A DNA stretch of 62,847 bases, filler included, from Stramenopiles sp. TOSAG23-2 (GCA_900128395.1; 14 parts of 14 records of this genome joined end to end with filler, not necessarily neighbours in it); one strand, 5' to 3'. Shown: positions 23,370-35,154, counted from the first letter of the whole stretch. Made by a program: numbers and translations. Notes: a model not told the origin generated them from the sequence alone.

Positions 23370-25088
23370 ATGTCGGATGCACCACCACCACCATTGCCAA
23401 GTGTACCAAGTTTCATGATGAGACCGGAAGAGGAAGAGGAGGAAGTTGATAATAATAATAATAATAATAGTAAAAATGCAATAGCAAAAAATAGTGAAAA
23501 ACATAAACGGACCATATCAGTTGAAATACGAAATATGTTATTGGAGCCTCCTCCTATGCCAGAACCACCAACGCCAAACTCACGACACTATGATTTACCA
23601 GAATTAGATATGAAAAAATTTACTAGAAGAGCAAAAATGACATTACCAGGTATTAATGAAGATAAAACTAAAATAAACTCAAAGGAACGAGAGAAACGTG
23701 ATAGTATATTAGCCTTCAAAAGAGAGAAAAATTTCGTAAACAAAATATTAGATTTATTTCCAGACCCACCCGCAACAAAACCTGATCCAACTGGGTGGTC
23801 AGATGCATCGTATATAATTGAAAGGCGAAAAAAACAAGAAAGCAAAGATCAATTATTTCGTATTATATTGAATTTTTCAAGATGTGATATAGACGAAAAT
23901 GATTTAAAAAAATTAAGAGTTTTATTGCCGCGTCTGGATAGTCAAGAATTAAAAATTGTAGTTGAAAAAGCATTTAAAGTTGCTGCACAAGATGCAGGTG
24001 TAAAAACACGTGCAAAGCAACGAAAAGGAAAGTCCACTGGTTTAAAGCTAGCAAAGAAAGGATTGCATGATATTTTTTCTCGTGGCCATGATAATCATAC
24101 TTGTCAAGTTAGTTTAGATATGTATTTTGTTAAATTAACAGGTCCAGGTGGTGGTGAAATCGATGTAGATAATGATTTAACCAAAAGTGTTTTTAGAGTA
24201 GTAAATAATGGTAGGCATAAAATACATTTTTCCATTTCCACAATATTTTCTGAAGACACATCGCAAGAACCCACTGCGACAGGGTGGTATGTACATCCTG
24301 AAGGTTGGTATAAAGTTAGATTTAAATCGGAAGATGAAGGTTCAATTAGTAAAGTAGATGGTGGATTTATAGTGATAAAAAAATTTGAAGCTGTAAATGT
24401 AGTTGTGGAATTTGAATCGAAAAAGGGGGATTTAGAAATTTTTATACCATTTGCTGTTAATGTAGCTGCTGGTCCAAGATTATTAGCAGTTGTTACAGGT
24501 CGTGTTGCTAGATCATATTTTGGTGTCAATCCAGCATCAGTACCATTACAAGAATTAGAAGATGGGCGGAAGATACCAAAAATTTTATTGTTTTTACATC
24601 AATATTTAAAAGAAAGCAATGCATTTGATATTGTTGGTATCTTTCGTTTAGCTGCGGATGAAACAGAAATTTTAGAAGTGACACGTTTGATAAATCAAGA
24701 TCGTTTTAAAAAATGCAATGATATCAATTGTGTCTCTACCTTGGTCAAAGTATGGTTTCGAAAATTGCCGAAACAATTATTGTCAGATTTATCGGTAGAA
24801 GATTTGTTACGTTGTAAAACGGAAGAGGAAAGTGTTAAATTGTACAATAATATTGAACCATTTTATCGTGGAATATTGCTTTGGGTTTTAGATATCATGT
24901 CTGATGTCGCTATGAATAAAGATAAAAATAAAATGTCACCTGCAAATTGTGCCATTGTTATGGGTCCAAATTTATTTTCAACTGATCATAACGTCAATCC
25001 AATGCAAGCATTGATGATCTCGCAAAAAGCAGTGAAAATATTGGAACATTTAATTAATTGGAGGATGAAAGAGTTGACAAAAAAGTAA
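23370..25088 (+). CDS. RhoGAP-domain protein
   Basis: C-terminal RhoGAP motifs YFGV, VGIFRLAA (arginine finger), LVKVWFRKLP and NKMSPANCAIVMGPNLF. Pro-rich N-terminus. Confidence 0.92.
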   Translation: MSDAPPPPLPSVPSFMMRPEEEEEEVDNNNNNNSKNAIAKNSEKHKRTISVEIRNMLLEPPPMPEPPTPNSRHYDLPELDMKKFTRRAKMTLPGINEDKTKINSKEREKRDSILAFKREKNFVNKILDLFPDPPATKPDPTGWSDASYIIERRKKQESKDQLFRIILNFSRCDIDENDLKKLRVLLPRLDSQELKIVVEKAFKVAAQDAGVKTRAKQRKGKSTGLKLAKKGLHDIFSRGHDNHTCQVSLDMYFVKLTGPGGGEIDVDNDLTKSVFRVVNNGRHKIHFSISTIFSEDTSQEPTATGWYVHPEGWYKVRFKSEDEGSISKVDGGFIVIKKFEAVNVVVEFESKKGDLEIFIPFAVNVAAGPRLLAVVTGRVARSYFGVNPASVPLQELEDGRKIPKILLFLHQYLKESNAFDIVGIFRLAADETEILEVTRLINQDRFKKCNDINCVSTLVKVWFRKLPKQLLSDLSVEDLLRCKTEEESVKLYNNIEPFYRGILLWVLDIMSDVAMNKDKNKMSPANCAIVMGPNLFSTDHNVNPMQALMISQKAVKILEHLINWRMKELTKK

Positions 25089-25437
25089 TCTANNNNNNNN
25101 NNNNNNNNNNNNNNNNNNNNNNNNNNNNNNNNNNNNTTAATTAATTAANNNNNNNNNNNNNNNNNNNNNNNNNNNNNNNNNNNNNNNNNNNNTTAAGGGA
25201 TTGCCTAAAAAAAATCTGAAATTTTCTAATTATTGTGCTCTAATTATCGTAGTGTAGGTCTATTGAATCAAACCGCTAACTTTTTACTTTTTTTGACAGG
25301 GAATTACCTAAAAAATCGATATATATATGATATTGTATATGAGCGTAGATATTAATCTAGCGAGATTTTTAAAAATTATCGAAAAAAAATTTAAGAGTGT
25401 GTACGTACATTATAACGTAGGTCATAAATTTCACTGT

Positions 25438-27441
25438 TCACGTCTTCAAATCATCGATACTTAATTCTTCTGCCGTATCTGTAACAGTTATCCCAACATC
25501 ACTGACACTTGAAGATAAAATTTTATCTTTTTCATCATCATCTTTACTACTACTACTGTTACTTTCATTGAGACCAATGCTACTGCCGCGATTACTAGCT
25601 GTTCTCCAATTAATCGGTTCTTCGCCTTCTCCCTCCACTTCCTCTTCTTGTAAAATAGCTCTTAAATCACTTAAATTGATTTCACCCGTATTGCCTTTAT
25701 CAGCAGCTTGAAACATTTCATCTACTACATCTTCCACATTTTTATCTTTAATTTCCATGATTAATTGATTTTTCAATAAGTCAATCATATCCTCTTTCGT
25801 TATACCACCAGTACGATTTACATCTAACCGATGAAAGGCTTCATGGACTGCTTCTTCTTCTGTATAATCCCGCGCATCCAAACAAGCTGCTATAAATTCT
25901 GTATATTTAATGTATCCCGTATGATCTTGATCTACTGTTCGAAATAAATCTTTAAATTCTCGTTTTTCTTCATCATTATGTATAAAATCTTGTTCTTCCA
26001 AAACTTTTCTTAATTCACTCCATTGTATTGTACCATCGTTTTTAGTATCAAATTGAGCAAATGCATCTGTTAAATTGTGAATTTTTTCATGATCCATCGT
26101 TTGCGCGATGGCTAGCAATGCCATGCGTTTTAATGTGCTCATACGTCTAAATGACGACATATGTTCTATAATATGTGCTGTTGACTCACGTTTTTCCTGT
26201 GCGAATTCTTCTGGATTTGTCGATGCACGACGCCTTGCATTTCGTAAACTTGAGGTGTGACGACTAATTGAACGTTCACTAGATGCTTCCATGCCTACTG
26301 GGACATTTTTTAACCATGGATGTTTTAATGCCTCCGATGCAGTCATACGAGTTTCATGATCTTTTATAAATACTTTTTGTAAAAAATCTTTCATATTTTT
26401 TGAAATAGAGGCAACATTTGTTGGATAACGTGGTTCGCCATGTTTAATATCGTATATCATTTGTTGTCTTGTAGAATTTCCAGGACCAAACGGATATTGC
26501 CCATATAATAATGTATACAAAACAACACCAACCGCCCATACATCCGCTGGGTATGATGCATTATGTCGTATTACTTCAGGTGCCATAGTATATAATGTAC
26601 CGACCGATTTTTTTAACTTTTGACCTTTTGGAGTTGCTTCTGAAAAACCAAAATCTACTAATAATAAATTTGATTGTTCCGATTTACCAGAAAATAAATA
26701 ATTTTCCAATTTAATATCACGATGACAAATATGACATTTACGTAAATAATTCAATGCACCAAACATATCTTTAGCAAAAGCCCAAACTTCTGGTTCAGAC
26801 AATCTAGCAGGTTTTTGACCGACTAAATGATCAAATAATTCACCACCATCGCAAAATGGCATGACAAGATGAAAATCACCTTTTTCATCAGTAAATGTTT
26901 CTGTGATTTTAATAATATTTGGATGATCAAGGGAGCGTATCATATCAACTTCACGCCTAAAACTTCGTTTTTTCGATTTCGATAATACTTTTGATAATTG
27001 CACAGTTTTTAATGCATATTTTTTTTTCGTTTCCTTATGTTGTATTAAACGTACAGTTGCTGTAGCACCTTTCCCTAAAAATTTTCCTTTTCCTTTTGTT
27101 GTTAATTCATACACATCCCATAATTTCATTTTATCATTTGCATCGGAATCATGTACTAATTTTTGTGTAGCATGTGAAGCACCTTTAAGACTATCTGTTA
27201 TTGTATCTTTTTTTTGTAACATACTTAATCTTTCCCCTTTTGGTCCTTTTACACTAGCATATACATCCGAATCGACAGAATCATCGGTAGGTTGTCGTTT
27301 GATTAAAATTGGTGCAATATTATTGGATTTGTTATGTTGTTGTAAGTTTCCTTCCGACATGGTTGATGGAACAACTTGTGCATTATCGGATTCATTTTCA
27401 TTATTTGGTTTTGGTAATTTACTACCACATATATTTCCCAT
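25438..27441 (-). CDS. CDPK: Calcium-dependent protein kinase
   Basis: MGNICG myristoylation/palmitoylation start, kinase motifs (GKGATA, HRDIKLEN, DFG, APE) and four EF-hands (DTKNDG, DQDHTG, DVNRTG, DKGNTG). Confidence 0.95.
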   Translation of the reverse strand: MGNICGSKLPKPNNENESDNAQVVPSTMSEGNLQQHNKSNNIAPILIKRQPTDDSVDSDVYASVKGPKGERLSMLQKKDTITDSLKGASHATQKLVHDSDANDKMKLWDVYELTTKGKGKFLGKGATATVRLIQHKETKKKYALKTVQLSKVLSKSKKRSFRREVDMIRSLDHPNIIKITETFTDEKGDFHLVMPFCDGGELFDHLVGQKPARLSEPEVWAFAKDMFGALNYLRKCHICHRDIKLENYLFSGKSEQSNLLLVDFGFSEATPKGQKLKKSVGTLYTMAPEVIRHNASYPADVWAVGVVLYTLLYGQYPFGPGNSTRQQMIYDIKHGEPRYPTNVASISKNMKDFLQKVFIKDHETRMTASEALKHPWLKNVPVGMEASSERSISRHTSSLRNARRRASTNPEEFAQEKRESTAHIIEHMSSFRRMSTLKRMALLAIAQTMDHEKIHNLTDAFAQFDTKNDGTIQWSELRKVLEEQDFIHNDEEKREFKDLFRTVDQDHTGYIKYTEFIAACLDARDYTEEEAVHEAFHRLDVNRTGGITKEDMIDLLKNQLIMEIKDKNVEDVVDEMFQAADKGNTGEINLSDLRAILQEEEVEGEGEEPINWRTASNRGSSIGLNESNSSSSKDDDEKDKILSSSVSDVGITVTDTAEELSIDDLKT

Positions 27442-28259
27442 ATTTATAATATATAATATATATATATATATATTTAAAATGATCTTTTATATATAATAAA
27501 TATATGACAATTTACTTTTTTATATTAATATTTAAATTATTTCTTTTATTTAATTCACGTTATTCAATTGATACTTAATTGTTTCTATTTATTTATATAT
27601 AATATGTTTTTTGTTTCTACTATTTAATCTGTATTTCATCATTTATTTCTAATATATATATATATATCTTTCTATTCATTATTTTATACTCTAATTGGAC
27701 TTATCGATATAAATAATACTGTACAGTAGTAACTGGTTGATGAGGATGGAGTTATTGATTGCTGGATTGCTGGATGTAGATTGCCATATTTGGGCTTCCA
27801 CCATGGTATGTCCATCCAATATTATAATTATACGGTAAAAAAATTAAAATGACAAGCGCTTGCCCGCTTGTGATATTCTGGTAATTTTTAGGAAATTATA
27901 TATTATGCACAAAAAACAAATTTAAATAGGTGAAGAATTTTAGCCAAGGTTTACTACCAGCCACATATACTTGGGTGTAATATCAGAGAGCGTACTCACC
28001 ATCTATAAGAAGATATTGTACTGTACCAGATGTATGTACTTGTATAAAAATAATAATTTTAAATTCAAAGAAACAATTAAGAGCTAATAGCACGTGCAAT
28101 AATAAAAACGTAAAGAGAAACAAAGAGTCTCTGTGTATAAAAAATAATTGTTTCAGTCCATCAAATAATGTCAAAATAGCGAGAATAGATTCTCTTTTCG
28201 TGTGTCCTCCTTGTAATATAACACACTTTCTTTGAAAAAAAATAAGATAGATATTAATA

Positions 28260-29768
28260 TCATTTTCCCCACATATTTTTCCATAAGGAAAAACAATTTT
28301 CTTTCAAATCACGACATACATTTTCACTTAATGAAATTCGTCGATTATCATATGGGCCACATTCACGTTCTAATTCTGCTTGAACTTCACGATAATTTTG
28401 TGCATCTACACCTGTACCCGTGACTGACACAGCTTGGTTACCTTCCGAATCTGGCCATGTTTCTGTTTGATGCCAATAATCTTTTGGATAAAAAATCATT
28501 TCCCCTGGTGCAGCAATATCATCAATACAATTAATTTTTTGAAAATCTGGATATCTTTCATAATCAGGATCAAATGCATCGACATCACCAGCTTTATACA
28601 TATATTTATCTTGTGCAGGCCCACATAAATGCCAACGTTTATACCCCGTAATTTGTGCTTGCCATGATGAAGTTCTTAAAATATCTTTATGACCAAACAT
28701 ACCACTTCCTTGACTACCTATCAATAACATTCTCCAATGCGTTCCACGTTGCCATTCCGAACGTGTTTCATCAGATTTAAAACATTTATTCATCCATTCA
28801 TCATCCACACGAAACATTTTTGGTAAGCCATCATTAAAATCATTCATCAATTTATGCCATGATTCATAATCTAAATTCCATTGAATATATACACCAGGCT
28901 TATCTTTATACATAACGGACATATTTGAACTAGATAAAAGCATATCTTCAAATGCATGTGCGATTGGTACAAAACGTGGTTTCACCGCCTCGCGGAACAT
29001 ATTTTGTGGATAATGATCCATCATAGCATTTGGAAATAGATTATTTAAATATCTTAGCTTCCATTTTTGCAATGCAACTGCATTTTCCATGGCACCAACT
29101 AAAAAAAATGGTTTTTTCCCATCTGCATAATCTTTATACTTATAATTTGTTAATAATTCTTTAATATGTATACGTTTTGCTTTTCTGGTTACATGTTTTA
29201 TGGGACGCGATTCGCGATGTGGTTTTGTATGGGGTAAATATGATTTCAATACATTTAAATTTTCTTGTGCATCGATATATGTAGCATCTATTTCAATTGC
29301 TTTTCGAAAGGATGCTTCTGCAGTATGGTATACCGATGCTCTCATTTGTGTAACACCTAAATTATTCCAATATTCACTACTATGTGGTATCATTTGAACT
29401 AATTGCTTAAATTTTGAAATTGCATTCCATAAATCACCACTTTGTGCTTGTGATATGGCATTATCATTTAATTCTCGAGCTTTTCGCTTTAGTTCTTGGG
29501 TTTTCTTATTATCTTTATTATCATTATTTTTATTATCATTATTATTATACTTTTGTCTTTTTTTTACTTTATATCCACGACGTCTTATTTCTTTAATTAA
29601 CATTTCATCTGATATTTTTCTTAACAATTCTTTATTGGATGGTATTGTTGTTTCATCGCCATTAGCAGCTACTTCAATGGTTTTATCACCATTGACATTT
29701 GTACATTTTATAGTTAAAACAATAATTATAATGTATGCGGTTAATAATAGAATTGTATTTCTTAACAT
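28260..29768 (-). CDS. Signal-peptide + TPR + JmjC (cupin-8) 2-oxoglutarate/Fe(II) oxygenase
   Basis: N-terminal signal sequence and TPRs (EYWNNLGV...AEASFRKAIEID). JmjC core with HxD (HKD), W..QITGYKRW and PGEMIFYPKDYWH. Confidence 0.88.
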   Translation of the reverse strand: MLRNTILLLTAYIIIIVLTIKCTNVNGDKTIEVAANGDETTIPSNKELLRKISDEMLIKEIRRRGYKVKKRQKYNNNDNKNNDNKDNKKTQELKRKARELNDNAISQAQSGDLWNAISKFKQLVQMIPHSSEYWNNLGVTQMRASVYHTAEASFRKAIEIDATYIDAQENLNVLKSYLPHTKPHRESRPIKHVTRKAKRIHIKELLTNYKYKDYADGKKPFFLVGAMENAVALQKWKLRYLNNLFPNAMMDHYPQNMFREAVKPRFVPIAHAFEDMLLSSSNMSVMYKDKPGVYIQWNLDYESWHKLMNDFNDGLPKMFRVDDEWMNKCFKSDETRSEWQRGTHWRMLLIGSQGSGMFGHKDILRTSSWQAQITGYKRWHLCGPAQDKYMYKAGDVDAFDPDYERYPDFQKINCIDDIAAPGEMIFYPKDYWHQTETWPDSEGNQAVSVTGTGVDAQNYREVQAELERECGPYDNRRISLSENVCRDLKENCFSLWKNMWGK

Positions 29769-30228
29769 ATTGTTGAAGAGAAAATATATATATATATATA
29801 TATATCAATAATATACAAAGTTGTAATCTTTGGTAATTATATATGTATCTGTTCAATGAAATGATGGGGTTTTGGTTTTTCTGTTGTTTTGTTTTCTATG
29901 TTGTTCTCTTTTGTATACATATTGTGTGTGTCTGACTTCTTATTGTTCTATATTTTATTTGTTTTTAGTTGTGCAGTTCTCATTCAACAAGATATTTTTT
30001 GATTGATCATCGTCGAAGTCGAAGTGCATAATAATAATTCTATTGATTTAGAATGGAATAGCATTGGGAATTACAATCCATGCTGTGTTCACAGTAATAT
30101 TACCCTAATATGGACATGATCCCACGNNNNNNNNNNNNNNNNNNNNNNNNNNNNNNNNNNNNNNNNNNNNTTAATTAATTAANNNNNNNNNNNNNNNNNN
30201 NNNNNNNNNNNNNNNNNNNNNNNNNNTG

Positions 30229-30351
30229 AAATTTGATGAAAAATATGCGCATTTCAATTATTATCAGTGGAATTCTTGCCTTTTTCCTAAAAAATCTAGT
30301 CCATTTAATGCAAGTTTACAAGTTGAAAGTAGAGCAAGATCCAAAAAATAA
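30229..30351 (+). CDS. Possible 3' fragment of a gene cut by the contig edge
   Basis: Frame is open from the contig start (KFDEKYAHFNYYQW...SRARSKK*). No recognisable motif. Confidence 0.3.
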   Translation, partial: KFDEKYAHFNYYQWNSCLFPKKSSPFNASLQVESRARSKK

Positions 30352-30628
30352 AAGTCTGGTTCAAGAACTATTACCACTATTATACTATTGCCATAGTACG
30401 TGTGAGTCATCATAATAAATATTATTATCAATGATGATTATTAGTCAATCTATTTATGTATTATGCAGATTTTAATGAATAAAAGATTTTTACTATTAGT
30501 ATCAGATAGATGAAAATCAATTGATAATCCAATTACAAAATCGTTCATACATTATTGGCAATACAATACTACAAAGTACTACAAAGTTAACGCAAGGCCG
30601 TAAAGCACTGTTATATATCTACGAGATC

Positions 30629-31765
30629 ATGGAATCCTGGATATATGGTATTATATTCACCTTGATTGCAGCGTTTGGGTCTACAACTGGTTTAATATTG
30701 CAAAAGATTGCGCATAGAGTTGAGGAAGCCAACGAGGAGAAAGGTATACCACAAAAAAACTGGAATGGCATTCCATGCAATAAATATTTTTTATGTGGAT
30801 TTCTATTTCTTGGAGTATTTCCAATACCATTTGAGTTTCTTGCATTGATGTATGCAGGTCAATCTCTGATTTTGCCTACCGGGACAGGTTGTACGGTAAT
30901 ATTTGGACAAATGCTTGCCCCAGCAATATTAGGCGAAAAATTGACGAAGTTGGACTTACTAGCAACCGCCTTTATCTCTACTGGAGTTGTAATATCAGTA
31001 GCTTTCGGCACACACGAAACACCTTCGTACTCTGCAGAGGAGCTAATGTTATTATTTACAGAAATTCCATTTATTGTTTCGTTGTCTATTACTTGTGTGT
31101 TGACAGTGATAGGTTTGGTAACATTCCATAAAGAAAAACTTCAAGCAATGGTACCGGTCTCAGCACGTATACCAATGCTCGCTTTTATACCTTCTGCAAT
31201 TGGTGCAGTACAAATTACATGTTTCAAAGTTCTTAGCGAGTTGACAAAAAACACATTTAATGGCGAAAAAATTATCACAGAGACGAATAACAACGGGACA
31301 ATAGTAAAAACTCAAACGACCAAAACGACAAATGAATTCTTAAAACCAAGCCTCTATTTGTATCTTTTCCTTGTAATCACATTGGCAGTTCAGCAATTGG
31401 CTTATTTAAATCGTGGATTAGCACGATATAATGCTGTTAAATTTCTTCCTACTTACAATACATTATTGCTGATGGTAGGCGTTGCAAACGGGGCAATATT
31501 TTTCAAAGAATATACTAAATTTCACCCAATATTTTTCCCAATAGGTTGTTTATTATAAATTTCTGGCATCTTAGCATTATCTTGGAAAGAGGAAGAAGAG
31601 TCTGATGAAGAAGTAAAAGAAGAAAATAAAGAAAAAGCAACTGATGCAGGATCAAATTCGAAAAATGAAGTATCTGATACGAAGGGTGTAAACAATGAAA
31701 GAAAAGAAACAGGACAAGATAAAGAAGTAGAATTAGCAACTATTCCAAATCCTTTGAGTAAATGA
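30629..31765 (+). CDS. NIPA-family (DMT) magnesium transporter with an in-frame TAA at 31556-31558 (possible pseudogene or sequence error)
   Basis: ATG at 30629. Motifs GLILQK, ALMYAGQSLILP, ILGEKL and QLAYLNRGLARYNAVKFLPTY...GAIFFKEY. The last TM helix reads GCLL*ISGILALSW and the same frame continues to TGA at 31765. Confidence 0.85.
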
Positions 31766-34700
31766 AAAGGGAAAAAGGAGAGACTCTGCTGTAATTCGAT
31801 ACAGAGCGTATACATGTACCAACTTTGTAAAAGATTTAAAAAGATTTTTGTTAAAGTTTCAACCAGGTATCATTATGCGCGCGGGGTCATACGACCCCGT
31901 TTATCTGAGAGAGGACTTTTCTGGCCTTATTAGACCTATTGATAATTGATAAATAACATATTATATAGGTAAATATTTCTAGTATACAACTATTCCATAC
32001 GTTGAACAGAGTATCATCTAGAAATTTATCATATGCCTATACCTCCTCGTATATTTTACGAGCTCTCGTAGTACCGTAGATGTTACTTCTTCTCCAGATG
32101 GGTGTGAACATATTCTTTTGCCTTTTTTGGTATTTTAAATCCACGAAATCCTCTCTTTTGTCGTGCCGATGGTGGTCTCCACGCTTTGGACTTATCTGAT
32201 CTTATTTGATCTAAAATTGTATTTTCAACGACAATTATTGGTGCCTCGTCATTTTCACCAGCGTCACTATTACTAACCTCACCACGTTTACCCTCATCGA
32301 CAACAGCTTTTGTTAGATCTAATTTTAAACTATCAAAATTATAATCTCCGTTAGAAATCTCTTTCCTTTTACCTTCATCCACTTGATCACTACGTTTACT
32401 ATTTCCTGTTTCCTCCTCTTTATCATTGTTAGTAGATCGTGCATATTTTAATGCTTCGGCTAACGTTGATTTTGGCAATACTTTTTCCGCCTGGACTTTT
32501 GAACCATAATCATTACCACCTCCACTATATTCATTACGAGGGGTATTATTACTATTGGTATCACTATCATCTATACTACTATTTTGAAGAACAATGGATG
32601 ATCTACTTGAATGAATATCATCAGTTATACTCTTCGAACTCAAGAAATTTATGGATGAATTTGTGGATGATGCCGACGATGGGCGACTCGATGTTGCTGT
32701 AGTAGCGTTGTCTAAATTCGCCACTTGTTTTTTTTGTACACTTTGTATCTTTTTGCGATACTTTTCAGCTAATGCATCTACATCCTCTAAAGGTTTGACA
32801 CCGTTGTTGCTATAACCAGCCCCGAGTACACTCCTTGAACGCCTACTAGACATCATTCGAGGGGTTGGTCTTGGTGTTTTACCATCATTATCACCATCGC
32901 CTTCGAAAATCTTTTCAACTAACGAACGAGTAAATGAAGAGGAAGACGATGAGCTTGTCATAAAGGTCTTCTTGCTTCGACTTGGTGCAAAACGACTACG
33001 GTCTGAAAATAGACTTTCTACAACGTCCTCATCATGGCTATTAATTCCCTTATCACCATTATGGTCATAATTTCCCCCCTGCCGTTTTCCTATCTTTACT
33101 CTTCTTACTAATAGGTATGCCGTCATTAGAATTGCTTTTGCAGTTACCTTCTTTCGCTTTACGTCTAGAAGCACTACTATTTGATCTTTTAATTTTACCA
33201 GTTACGATATTGACTTCAGATTGCTTGTCCTTCTTCCGCCTCCTGGCACCTTTACTATTTTCCTTGTTCTCATTAGCAGGATCTACTAAAGCTAATGGTA
33301 AACCAGGCGGTTCGAATGTATCGTCCCCACCAAATCTTGACACTGAATAACCATCGTATATAGCTAAATTTTTTAAGGATTTACATAGTCGCTCCATCTG
33401 ATACGAAGGGTGTAAACAATGAAAAAAAAGAAACAGGACAAGATAAAGAAGTAGAATTAGCAACTATTTCAAATCCTTTGAGTAAATGAAAAGGGAAAAA
33501 TGAGAGACTGTAATTCAATACAAAGCGTATAGGTGTACCAACTTTGTAAAAAGACAAAAAGATTTTTTTTAAAGTTGCAACCAGGTATCATATCATAGCA
33601 TATATGCGGGGTCATATCATATGATATGCATAATATGCAACATATCATAGTACGTAGCTACTATGCCAATATGCATATCATATGCCCAGTTTATCTGAGA
33701 GAGGACTTTTCTGGCCCTATTGATAATTGATAAATAACATATTATATAGGTAAATATTTCTAGTATACAACTATTCCGTACTTAGAACAGAGTATCATCT
33801 AGAAATTTATCATATGCCTACCTCGTATATTTTAATACTTAGATGTTACTTCTTCTCCAGATGGGTGTGAACATAGTCTTTTGCCTTTTTTGGTATTTTA
33901 AATCCACGAAATCCTCTCTTTTGTCGTGCCGATGGTGGTCTCCACGCTTTGGACTTATCTGATCTTATTTGATCTAAAATTGTATTTTCAACGACAATTA
34001 TTGGTGCCTCGTCATTTTCACCAGCGTCACTATTACTAACCTCACCACGTTTACCCTCATCGACAACAGCTTTTGTTAGATCTAATTTTAAACTATCAAA
34101 ATTATAATCTCCGTTAGAAATCTCTTTCCTTTTACCTTCATCCACTTGATCACTACGTTTACTATTTCCTGTTTCCTCCTCTTTATCATTGTTAGTAGAT
34201 CGTGCATATTTTAATGCTTCGGCTAACGTTGATTTTGGCAATACTTTTTCCGCCTGGACTTTTGAACCATAATCATTACCACCTCCACTATATTCATTAC
34301 GAGGGGTATTATTACTATTGGTATCACTATCATCTATACTACTATTTTGAAGAACAATGGATGATCTACTTGAATGAATATCATCAGTTATACTCTTCGA
34401 ACTCAAGAAATTTATGGATGAATTTGTGGATGATGCCGATGATGGGCGACTCGATGTTGCTGTAGTAGCGTTGTCTAAATTCGCCACTTGTTTTTTTTGT
34501 ACACTTTGTATCTTTTTGCGATACTTTTCAGCTAATGCACCTACATCCTCTAAAGGTTTGACACCGTTGTTGCTATAACCAGCCCCGAGTACACTCCTTG
34601 AACGCCTACTAGACATCATTCGAGGGGTTGGTCTTGGTGTTTTACCATCATTATCACCATCGCCTTTGAAAAACTTTTCAACTAACGAACGAGTAAATGA

Positions 34701-35154
34701 AGAGGAAGACGATGAGCTTGTCATAAAGGTCTTCTTGCTTCGACTTGGTGCAAAACGACTACGGTCTGAAAATAGACTTTCTACAACGTCCTCATCATGG
34801 CTATTAATTCCCTTATCACCATTATGGTCATAATTTCCCCCCTGCCGTTTTCCTATCTTTACTCTTCTTACTAATAGGTATGCCGTCATTAGAATTGCTT
34901 TTGCAGTTACCTTCTTTCGCTTTACGTCTAGAAGCACTACTATTTGATCTTTTAATTTTACCAGTTACGATATTGACTTCAGATTGCTTGTCCTTCTTCC
35001 GCCTCCTGGCACCTTTACTATTTTCCTTGTTCTCATTAGCAGGATCTACTAAAGCTATTGGTAAACCAGGCGGTTCGAATGTATCGTCCCCACCAAATCT
35101 TGACACTGAATAACCATCGTATATAGCTAAATTTTTTAAGGATTTACATAGTCG
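31672..35154. repeat. Diverged tandem segmental duplication of about 1.72-1.76 kb
   Basis: Unit 1 spans about 31672-33391 and unit 2 about 33396-35154. The coding parts differ by a few substitutions (e.g. IFE/FFK, D/G, E/D, L/I) and the intergenic parts by indels. Confidence 0.93.
32083..33397 (-). CDS. Ser/Lys-rich hypothetical protein, copy 1, split over two frames (+1 break near 33074-33147)
   Basis: The upstream frame (MERLCKSLK...KTAGGKL*) overlaps the downstream frame (...GGNYDHNGDK...HLEKK*). The 5' end abuts the duplication junction. Confidence 0.6.

Noticed and set aside
31556..31558. Genome-wide stop-codon reassignment (TAA as sense)
   Set aside because: Many genes here (Myb, CDS1, SMC6, LETM1, RhoGAP, FKBP, SPX-PiT) end at TAA where expected, and long ORFs have no internal TAA.
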